From: Candidatus Eiseniibacteriota bacterium
GTDB taxonomy: Bacteria > Eisenbacteria > RBG-16-71-46 > CAZAMP01
Reading direction: 5' to 3'
Assembly: GCA_965224245.1 (NCBI GenBank)
Contig: OZ245046.1
Coordinates: forward strand, 4,576,001-4,640,000
Length of the DNA stretch: 64,000 bases
Shown: in pieces, positions 56,438 through 64,000 of the stretch
Layout: each line of letters starts with the position of its first letter
Numbering within the stretch: the first letter of the stretch is position 1
Position numbers and translations under genes: made by a program
The notes under the pieces: model-generated
The model's database searches: none
What the model saw: the letters and a program-made list of their open reading frames with translations, nothing else
Told to the model about the DNA's origin: nothing

Positions 56438-57409
56438 ATGTCACGCGAACGCCATCCGTCCGCCGCCGGCCGGTCGTCCGGCAACGCCCCCCGGGCCCGC
56501 GGTGCCGGCGTCCGCACCACACGCGCGCCCGTCATCCGGACGTTCGCGGGTGCCGCGCTCGCGGGCCTGATGTCGACGCTCGTGCCCGGCCTCGCCTGGG
56601 CGCCGCCGATCGAGCCGGCGCCGGTTCGGGCCGTTTCCGACAGCATCTCCAGCGTCGAACGGCGGCCGGCCGGCTCGACGGCGGGCTATCGACACGAGAT
56701 CCGGACCGATCCCGCGATCGTCGCCGACGTGTCCAAGGCCCGCCTGAAGTCCGACGAGGAGACGCTCCGTCGCCGGTGGCTGGAGCTCTCGATCGCCGCA
56801 CGCGGCGCCGACGAGATCCAGCTGGAGTCCTTCGCGGATCGGGTGCTCGAGCGCTACTTCCCGAACACGACGTTCTACCGGCTCCGCGCGGTGGTCGGCG
56901 ACCAGACCCGCACCGCCGTCGCCTGCGAGAGTCTGGGCCGGCTCCTCGTCCTGCCGCACGAGATCAACTTCCTGTGCATCCTGGAGGGGCGCACGGTCAG
57001 CCGCCACAACGTCCGGCCACTCTCCGAGGCCATCGCGCGCATGCTCGATCCCGACGGCTCCACCTCCCAGAAGGTGATCGACTACAGCGTCGCCCGCGAT
57101 CGACGCGACCCGTCGCTCGCGACCGTCACCCTCGACACGTGGTCCTATCGCAGCGGATTCCGCATGCGATGGACGATCGGCGTTCGGGAGCCGTACTTTC
57201 ACTCGCTCGAGGAGAACCTTCTGAGCGTCCGGCCGGGTCTGCTGGAGGACATCACGCCCGAGCAGCTCCTGGATCTGCAGGACGACGAGTTCGAGGGGGC
57301 CCTGGGCCGAGAGAAGTACATCGGATTCTGGCGCAACCCCAGCGAGCGGGAGGAGATGCGCGCTCACCGTGAGGTCTGGCTGGCCGCGCGGCGCGAGTCC
57401 CGCGAGTAG
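56438..57409 (+). CDS. Exported hypothetical protein
   Basis: Long leader ending GLAWA; coding-like codon pattern. Confidence 0.6.
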   Translation: MSRERHPSAAGRSSGNAPRARGAGVRTTRAPVIRTFAGAALAGLMSTLVPGLAWAPPIEPAPVRAVSDSISSVERRPAGSTAGYRHEIRTDPAIVADVSKARLKSDEETLRRRWLELSIAARGADEIQLESFADRVLERYFPNTTFYRLRAVVGDQTRTAVACESLGRLLVLPHEINFLCILEGRTVSRHNVRPLSEAIARMLDPDGSTSQKVIDYSVARDRRDPSLATVTLDTWSYRSGFRMRWTIGVREPYFHSLEENLLSVRPGLLEDITPEQLLDLQDDEFEGALGREKYIGFWRNPSEREEMRAHREVWLAARRESRE

Positions 57410-57538
57410 CCGCCCGGCGCCCCCGCGCGACGTTTTCCGGTCGGAAGGGTGCGCACGCCGACGTCCCCGCGTACAATCCCGCGCGATCGGAAACCGCTCC
57501 AACGTGCCCCCACGGGCCTACTCACACACGAGGCTCAC

Positions 57539-58153
57539 ATGATCGGAAAAGTCATCCCGGTACTGATCGCGCTGGTGCTCATCTACGCCGTCTGGTCGCT
57601 GCCGGCGTGGGATCAGGGCGCCGAAATCGTTCCCCCCGACACGAAGCCGGACATCGAACAGATCGCAGACGCGCACGACCACGACCACGACGGCACGGCG
57701 CCGCTGGCCATCGATGCGACCGGGCTCCCCCTGGATGCGCGGCTAGAGGCCGAGCTGACCCGGGCCCTCTCCAGCCTGGACGACCCGACCTCCAAGGCGC
57801 TCTTCACCGAGGCGTTCAAGCTCACGTTCACAACCGACCGTGGTGCCCGGAACTTCGCGGCGGCTCGCGCTCGATTCGAGGAAGTCCTCCAGGCTCACCC
57901 GGACCACGCCCCGTGCTATCGCGGACTGGCCTATGCGGAGTTCAACACGACCCTCAGCTTCCCGAACACGATCGCCCTCTACGAGCGCGCCGTCGAGCTG
58001 GACGCCGACTACGGCGAGGCTCACTACGCGCTCGCGTTCATGCTCGGCAGCATCGATGCGGATCGCGGACGCATGCACTTCGACCGTGCGATGTCGCTGG
58101 GCGTGCCGGATGCTCAGGACCTGAGGGGGCAGTACTACTCCGGAGACCAGTAG
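57539..58153 (+). CDS. Membrane-anchored TPR protein
   Basis: GAGG RBS; N-terminal TM; HDHDHD; TPR motifs YERAVELDADYGEAHYALA. Confidence 0.75.
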   Translation: MIGKVIPVLIALVLIYAVWSLPAWDQGAEIVPPDTKPDIEQIADAHDHDHDGTAPLAIDATGLPLDARLEAELTRALSSLDDPTSKALFTEAFKLTFTTDRGARNFAAARARFEEVLQAHPDHAPCYRGLAYAEFNTTLSFPNTIALYERAVELDADYGEAHYALAFMLGSIDADRGRMHFDRAMSLGVPDAQDLRGQYYSGDQ

Positions 58154-58154
58154 C

Positions 58155-60536
58155 GTGATCGGTTCGGGTCGCATCATCCAGCTCTGGCTGGTCGCCGTCC
58201 TCGTCGGTACGCTGCTGTTCCTCCCGTCGGGGCTGGTCGGCCAGTTCGGCTACGACCTGGCCGTTCTCCTGGCCGTGGTCCTGGCGATCGCGCTTCCGAT
58301 CATCACGGCGGTCCGCGTCTCGGAGATCCGTCGCGGGGGTGTCGCGCGACGGCGGTCCTCGATCGACTACGTGCTCGGCACGTTCATGCAGGTCGTCCTG
58401 GCCGGATCGTCGATCCTGGCGGTGCCGCTGATCGTGCTCGTGGCCCGCGGCTTCTGGGTACCACACTGCGACTTCGCCGGTGGGCTGGTCTGGCTGCTGC
58501 TGATCCCCGGCGTGAGCGTCACGTACATCAGCGCAATGTCGGTGTTCTTCTCGCTCGCGACCGGTCGCGTGAGCACGGCCTTGATCGTCACGTACGGCTT
58601 CATGCTCCTGACCGCCGCCATCGCCGTGCGCCACCTCGTGGCCGACCCCCCGACGTTCGTGTTCAACGGCATCGTGGGCTACGTGCCCGGCCCCATCTAC
58701 GACGAGCAGGTGTCGGTGACGGGACCGCTCCTGTGGGCGCGACTGGGAACGGTGGCCTGGGCGCTGCTCTTTCTGTCGCTGTCGGCATCGCTGTGCGACT
58801 CGCGCCGTCATCGGCTCGATCTGCTCCAGTTCCCCGAGCTCGACTACTCCGCGGACTCGCTCCTGCCGCGATCGCTGACGCTGTCGATGATCCTGGTGCT
58901 GGTGGCGCTCCACGTCAGCCGCGAGACCAACGGCACCTCGCCGACTGCCGGGTCGATCCAGGCCGCGCTCGGAGGACGCGTCGAGACCGAGCACTTCGTG
59001 ATCTACTACGATCCGAACGCGAACGACGCGGACGAAGTGGCGCTGATGGCCGAGGATCATGAGTTCCGGCTCGCGCAGCTCATGGACGAGCTGGGCTGGG
59101 AGACGTTTCTGGGCGTGACGCCGCTCGAATCGTACGTGTACCCGACACCGGAGGCGAAGAAGCGCTACATCGGCGCGCGCAACACGTCGTTCGCCGATCC
59201 GTTCGATCGCGCGATGCACCTCAATCAGCGACCCTTCCCCCACCCGGTCCTGAAGCACGAGCTGGTGCACGTGGTCTCGGCGAGCTTCGCGGGACCACTC
59301 GGGTTCAACCCGAGAATCGGCCTCCACGAGGGGCTCGCGGTGGCCCTGGACTGGGAAGAGGAGACCTTGACCCCCGACGAGTGGTCCGCCGTCATGCGCC
59401 ACGAGGGGCTCCTGCCCCCGATCGGAGCCGTCACGTCGCTTCGGTTCTGGACCGTGGCCGCGAGCCGCGCGTACCTCTCGGCCGGCTCGTTCATGCGCTT
59501 TCTCCTGAACGAGCACGGCGCGCTCGCGGTGCAGCGGTTCTTCCGGGACAACGACTACGTGACGCACTTCGGCGCGCCGCTGGACGAGCTGGCGGAGGCC
59601 TGGTACGCGCACCTGGACCGCGTGACCGTCACCGAGGCCAGCCGCGCCTACGCCGCCGATCGGCTCCGTCGCCGGGCGATCTTCGAGCGGACCTGCCCGC
59701 GCCAGGCGGCCGAGCACCTCGACGATGCCTGGGCCGACTTCCGCGCCGGACGTGACGACGACGCCCTCTCGGGGTTCGAGCAGGTCCTGCGCTGGGCGCC
59801 CGACGACGCGGGGGCCACGCTGGGGAAGCTGCGGTCGCTGGAACGACACGCCCCGGATCAGGCTCTTCTGGCCTTCGCCGATTCGCTGGCCTCGTGCGAC
59901 GACTGCCCCGGTCGCATCGTGGACGCGGCGCTGATGGCGCTGGGCGATCGCGCCTGGCGGGACGAGAACACCGTCACCGCTCGCGACCGTTTCGCGTCGG
60001 TGCTCGCCCGCCGGACGACGCCCGACTACGTCCGATCGGCGGCGGTGAAGCTACCGGTGTTGAACGAATCGGCGTACCGGCGGGTGCTCGTCGAGGACCC
60101 CGGTCTCGTGGAGACCGGTGCGCTCCTCGGACGCCTGGCCGACGAGGGCCCCGCGATGGGTCTGGCCAACTACCTGCTCGGACGGCGGCTCTTCCAGGAG
60201 GAGGCGTGGGCCGGCGCCGCGTTCCACCTCCAGCGAGCCCGGGACGAAGGGCTGCCGGACGACACGATCCTCGTGGAGTGCCTGCGCCTCCTCGGCGAGG
60301 CGCACTACCGGGCGTCTAACGTGGTCGATGCCGAGACCGTGTTCGCCGTGCTCGTCGAGCGGGCGTCGAACGCGGCCGCTCGCGACCGGGCGACGGGATG
60401 GGTCGAGCGATGCCGGTGGCGGCGAACGGGCGACCTCCATCATTCGCCGCCGACGCCGCCGGCCGGCGCGCGCGACGAGGATGAGCCCGCGACGGTGGCC
60501 GAGGGTTCGGAGACGGCGCCTAGCGAGGCACCGTGA
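58155..60536 (+). CDS. Polytopic membrane protein with HExxH gluzincin (peptidase MA-like) domain and TPRs
   Basis: About 7 TM segments; ETEHFVIYY; LKHELVH...GLHEGLA; AY..AGSF.RFL; C-terminal TPR-like helices. Confidence 0.75.
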   Translation: MIGSGRIIQLWLVAVLVGTLLFLPSGLVGQFGYDLAVLLAVVLAIALPIITAVRVSEIRRGGVARRRSSIDYVLGTFMQVVLAGSSILAVPLIVLVARGFWVPHCDFAGGLVWLLLIPGVSVTYISAMSVFFSLATGRVSTALIVTYGFMLLTAAIAVRHLVADPPTFVFNGIVGYVPGPIYDEQVSVTGPLLWARLGTVAWALLFLSLSASLCDSRRHRLDLLQFPELDYSADSLLPRSLTLSMILVLVALHVSRETNGTSPTAGSIQAALGGRVETEHFVIYYDPNANDADEVALMAEDHEFRLAQLMDELGWETFLGVTPLESYVYPTPEAKKRYIGARNTSFADPFDRAMHLNQRPFPHPVLKHELVHVVSASFAGPLGFNPRIGLHEGLAVALDWEEETLTPDEWSAVMRHEGLLPPIGAVTSLRFWTVAASRAYLSAGSFMRFLLNEHGALAVQRFFRDNDYVTHFGAPLDELAEAWYAHLDRVTVTEASRAYAADRLRRRAIFERTCPRQAAEHLDDAWADFRAGRDDDALSGFEQVLRWAPDDAGATLGKLRSLERHAPDQALLAFADSLASCDDCPGRIVDAALMALGDRAWRDENTVTARDRFASVLARRTTPDYVRSAAVKLPVLNESAYRRVLVEDPGLVETGALLGRLADEGPAMGLANYLLGRRLFQEEAWAGAAFHLQRARDEGLPDDTILVECLRLLGEAHYRASNVVDAETVFAVLVERASNAAARDRATGWVERCRWRRTGDLHHSPPTPPAGARDEDEPATVAEGSETAPSEAP

Positions 60537-62431
60537 CCCACCGATCCGGCCTCCATCCCCTCCGCCGCGCCCCGGCTCTCACGGCCGCTCTGGTCGGATG
60601 CGGTCTTCTCGCCGCGACGGCCGGCCGCGCCGCCGACAGCCAGCCGGCGGCGCCTCGCGCCGGCGACGTGGCGTCGCTCGGTGCCGGATACAAGGGGTGG
60701 GAGGTCGCGAGCCTCTCGATCGAGGGCGTGGACGACGCGCTCGTATCGGGCCTGAAGGACGGCCTCGCCTTCGAGGGTCGCGTGCGGTGGTTCCGGCGCC
60801 GGCGTCCCCCGCTCTCCCCGTCGCTCATCCGCGACGACATGGATCGCATCCAGCTGTTCATGGCGCGTCACGGCCATCCGTTCGCGGAGGTGACGCCCGG
60901 GTTCCACGAGCGCGACGGGGCGCGACGGGTCGACCTGACGTTCCGGGTCGACCCCGGGCCCGAGGTGACGGTCAGCGAGGTGGTGTTCGACGGCGTGCCC
61001 GACGCCCTCGCGGCCGACGTACGCGACGCGAACACCCTCCACGCCGGCATGCCGTTCGAGGACGCGGCCACCGCGGCCACCGCCGCCCGGCTCGCAGAGC
61101 TCCTCCGGAGCCGTGGCTACGCCGACGTCGGCGTCGACCCGGCGCTGGAGCGCACCGCGCCGTACGAGATCCGGCTGCGCTATCGCGTCGCCCCCGGACC
61201 GCGCTACACGATCACCGGCGTCGACGTACGTGGCGCCCCGGACGATCTCACCACGCTCTCGCACCGCGTCATCGGCATCCGGCCAGGCACGCTGTACTCG
61301 CCGAAGCTCCTGGCCGATGCCTCGGATCGCCTGCAGCGGCTCGGTCTCTTCCGCCGCGTGCGCCTCCGCACGGTGGCGCACGTCGATTCGAGCGGCGGTA
61401 GCCGCGGCCGTGGCGCGACCGGGACGCTCGACGTCATCGCCGAGCTGACCACGCGCGAGTATCGCACCTGGAAGGTCGCGCTCGGATACGTGACCGACGA
61501 GGGTCCTCGTGCCCGCGCGAGCTGGCAGCACCGGAACCTCCTCGGCGGGGGGCGCGCGTTCGCGATCACCGGCGGATACTCGTCGATCGAGCAGTCGATC
61601 GCCGCGTCCGTGCGACGGCCGGCGGCGTTCGGCCCTCGCACGAGCACGCGTGCGCGCATCGCATACCGCCGTGAGGACGAGGAGAGCTTCCGCGCGATCA
61701 CCGAGGAGCTGGAGGTCGGCCTGACCTACCAGCACAGCGCGATCACCGAGCTGGATCTCCGCGCACTGGCGTCACGCGTGGATCTGGACGCGCTGTCCGA
61801 GGAGATCGACTACGGGGGAACACCGGGCGTGCTGTCGGTGTTGTCCGCGAGTGCCCTGCGCAACACGGTGGGTGATCGCCTCTCGCCGAGCTCGGGCACC
61901 CGGCTGGGGATCACGGTCGACTGGACGCTTCCGGGTGCGCTGTCGGACAACCACTTCCTTCGCGTGGACGCGCTCGCGGTGGGGTACCTCGCCCTCGGCG
62001 AGTCGACGGTCCTGGTCGGTCGCGCCCGGAGCGGCCAGGCGTTTCTGCTCGGCGATGCGTCGTCGTTGATCCCGAGCTGGCGCTTCTTCGCCGGTGGTGC
62101 GCGCTCGATGCGCGGCTTCCGGCGGAACCGACTGGGGCCGCTCGACGCCGACAACGCGCCGCTCGGAGGCGAGGCCCTGGTGGAGCTGGGGGCCGAGGTG
62201 CGACGCACGCTGATCGGCCGGTTCGACGTCGCGGCGTTCATCGACGCGGGACAGGTGTTCTCGCCGCGCGACACGCAGACGCTGGGGGAGCTCGAGGCCG
62301 CCGTCGGTCCCGCACTGATCGTGCGCACGCCCATCGGCCCCGCGCGCCTGGACGTCGGCTTTCGACTCACCGACGTGGTGCCCGATCAGCCCGAGTCGGC
62401 CATTCACGTGTCCATCGGTCATCCGTTCTAG
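60533..62431 (+). CDS. tamA: TamA/BamA-family Omp85 protein
   Basis: POTRA-like repeats; HRNLLGGG; RFFAGGARSMRGF; FIDAGQV; TPIGPARLD; SIGHPF C-terminus. Confidence 0.85.
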   Translation: MTHRSGLHPLRRAPALTAALVGCGLLAATAGRAADSQPAAPRAGDVASLGAGYKGWEVASLSIEGVDDALVSGLKDGLAFEGRVRWFRRRRPPLSPSLIRDDMDRIQLFMARHGHPFAEVTPGFHERDGARRVDLTFRVDPGPEVTVSEVVFDGVPDALAADVRDANTLHAGMPFEDAATAATAARLAELLRSRGYADVGVDPALERTAPYEIRLRYRVAPGPRYTITGVDVRGAPDDLTTLSHRVIGIRPGTLYSPKLLADASDRLQRLGLFRRVRLRTVAHVDSSGGSRGRGATGTLDVIAELTTREYRTWKVALGYVTDEGPRARASWQHRNLLGGGRAFAITGGYSSIEQSIAASVRRPAAFGPRTSTRARIAYRREDEESFRAITEELEVGLTYQHSAITELDLRALASRVDLDALSEEIDYGGTPGVLSVLSASALRNTVGDRLSPSSGTRLGITVDWTLPGALSDNHFLRVDALAVGYLALGESTVLVGRARSGQAFLLGDASSLIPSWRFFAGGARSMRGFRRNRLGPLDADNAPLGGEALVELGAEVRRTLIGRFDVAAFIDAGQVFSPRDTQTLGELEAAVGPALIVRTPIGPARLDVGFRLTDVVPDQPESAIHVSIGHPF

Positions 62432-62442
62432 GAAACACCGCC

Positions 62443-64000
62443 ATGACGAACGAGCCCGCCAGCGCACCGCCCGATCCTCCGGGGCCACCGGCGTCCCCGT
62501 CGACGTCACCGCCGCGACGGCGTCGCTGGATCCGGCGGATCGCGGGAACGATCGGGCTGCTGCTCGCGTTCGTGGTGCTGATGGTGCTGGTGTTCACGCT
62601 CGTTCCGGCTCCCAGGGAGCATCTGCTGCGAACGGCGCTCGCTCGCGTCGGCTCGGACTTGCCGGGACGGCTCGTCATCTCGCAGACCGAGTGGCCCGCG
62701 CTGGGCCGCATCTCGGTAGCCGGCCTGGTGTGGACCGAGGCGGGCGACACGCTGGCCGCCGCCGACTCGATCCAGGTCGCCGTGTCGCTCGGCGCCCTGG
62801 CGCGACGGGACGCCATCGTCGAGCGGCTGATGATGCGCGGCCTCACGCTGGACGTTCCCGCCATCCAGGGCCGGTTCGAGACGCCGCGCATCCGGGACAT
62901 CCCCGACGAGGTCCGCAACGCGCCGGAGGTTCCGTTCTTCAGATCGGGCTCGATCGCGGGGCTACCGTCGGTGGCCGTGCGCGGCATCGACCTCGACGTC
63001 AGACGCGTGCGTGCGTCCGAGAGCATGGTCGTGACCGACGCGCGCGCGATCGGACACGTGACCGCGCTGGCCGGCGTGGCGGCGAGTGCGACGCTCGGGC
63101 CGCTTCGCCTGCGCCTTCCCGCCGAAGACGCCGCGATCGAGGACGTGCGTCTCGACATCGACATCGCGACCGGCACCATCAGCGGCAGCGGACACGGGTT
63201 CGTGACGTCGACCTGGCCGTTCCGCTTCGACGCTACCACCAACACGAGCGGGCACGTCACGCTGCTGCTCTACGAGGACGGAGGCGAACCACCTCCGGCG
63301 GGCTTCGGCGTCCGCCTCGACGGCACACTCGGGGTCGCCGACGACCGGCTCGAAACGGCGTCGTTCACGACGACGATCGTAACGCCGGCACCGGACCGGA
63401 TGGCGCGAGACCCCCGCATCGCGCTGCCCCCCGCGCTGGGAGACGTGGGATCGGTCGCGATCTCGATCACCACCGAGATCGATCTCCGGAACGGGCTGCG
63501 TGCCGACGCCACGGGACGTTTCACCCCCAACGCCTGGCTCGAGGCCGGCGACTTCGTGGTGTCGCGGCGCCCGAACGGCGACCTCGACGCGTCGCTGGAC
63601 GTCACGCTCGACCAGCTGCATCTCGCGCTCTCGCATCGCGCGGTCGCCGGGGCCGATCCCGTGTCGACCCTGGACGCCCGCGTGCGCGGACTCGGGTTCC
63701 TCGACGCTCTCCTCTCGTCCGACGTCCTCTCCGGAAAAGAGCGGCCCGACTCGATCGACGTCGCCACCCACCTGTCGGTGACGGGACCTCCGACCGATCC
63801 GGAGGTCTCGCTCCGCACACGGCTGGCCGGACGCCACGCCGGGGTCGTCCTGGACTCGGCCGCCGTGCGGGTGGACCGGCGCCGCGGAGCGGACTGGTGG
63901 TCGCTCGCGCTCGTGGCCGATGCCATGGGTCTCAGAGCCGACGTCCTCGCGGACGTCGCGCCCCCGGCGGCGCTGATGGCGAGCGTCTCGGGGTCCGGCT
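62443..64000 (+). CDS. TamB/AsmA-like protein, N-terminal part (truncated by window edge; absent from the ORF track)
   Basis: ATG 62443 just after the tamA-like gene; RRRRWIRR followed by a TM anchor and beta-rich sequence; frame open to the window end. Confidence 0.7.
   Translation, partial: MTNEPASAPPDPPGPPASPSTSPPRRRRWIRRIAGTIGLLLAFVVLMVLVFTLVPAPREHLLRTALARVGSDLPGRLVISQTEWPALGRISVAGLVWTEAGDTLAAADSIQVAVSLGALARRDAIVERLMMRGLTLDVPAIQGRFETPRIRDIPDEVRNAPEVPFFRSGSIAGLPSVAVRGIDLDVRRVRASESMVVTDARAIGHVTALAGVAASATLGPLRLRLPAEDAAIEDVRLDIDIATGTISGSGHGFVTSTWPFRFDATTNTSGHVTLLLYEDGGEPPPAGFGVRLDGTLGVADDRLETASFTTTIVTPAPDRMARDPRIALPPALGDVGSVAISITTEIDLRNGLRADATGRFTPNAWLEAGDFVVSRRPNGDLDASLDVTLDQLHLALSHRAVAGADPVSTLDARVRGLGFLDALLSSDVLSGKERPDSIDVATHLSVTGPPTDPEVSLRTRLAGRHAGVVLDSAAVRVDRRRGADWWSLALVADAMGLRADVLADVAPPAALMASVSGSG

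Noticed and set aside
427-63926. Many long overlapping or antisense ORFs in the track (e.g. 427-1770 +, 41267-43297 -, 44047-46386 +, 58038-59849 -)
   Set aside because: Arg/Pro/Ala-rich shadow frames expected at this GC content; they overlap genes with clear family motifs.
1-64000. CRISPR array, rRNA, tRNA, transposase or integrase
   Set aside because: No regularly spaced repeats or recognisable motifs were seen.

Overview
High-GC (about 70% by eye) bacterial chromosomal window with about 47 protein-coding genes and no rRNA, tRNA, CRISPR array or transposase that I can support. Outer-membrane barrels (FadL, TamA/TamB), a PEP-CTERM protein and a FlgD/T9SS-like C-terminal domain point to a diderm organism, possibly an FCB-group candidate phylum (inference). 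All protein assignments come from motif recognition by eye; no searches were run. The most notable element is a tightly coupled 9-gene operon (22977-34757). It encodes a B12-binding radical SAM enzyme, two tandem dCTP-deaminase paralogs with complementary active-site changes, a CmoA-type carboxy-SAM synthase, a NodU/TobZ carbamoyltransferase, a degenerate NB-ARC-TPR protein, a clan-CD (gingipain/caspase-like) protease candidate, a class IIb aminoacyl-tRNA-synthetase paralog and a SAM-dependent transferase. I know of no described pathway with this gene set; it looks like an aminoacyl/pyrimidine-nucleoside modification cluster. Other notable items: an XRE-TPR regulator ending in a propeptide-like tail and coupled to a PLD3-like enzyme; a 13-bp inverted repeat bracketing a divergent AT-rich promoter region; a promoter- and terminator-bounded sRNA candidate (about 36481-36574); a membrane-anchored DUF151-PDZ fusion; and several apparent pseudo-enzymes.
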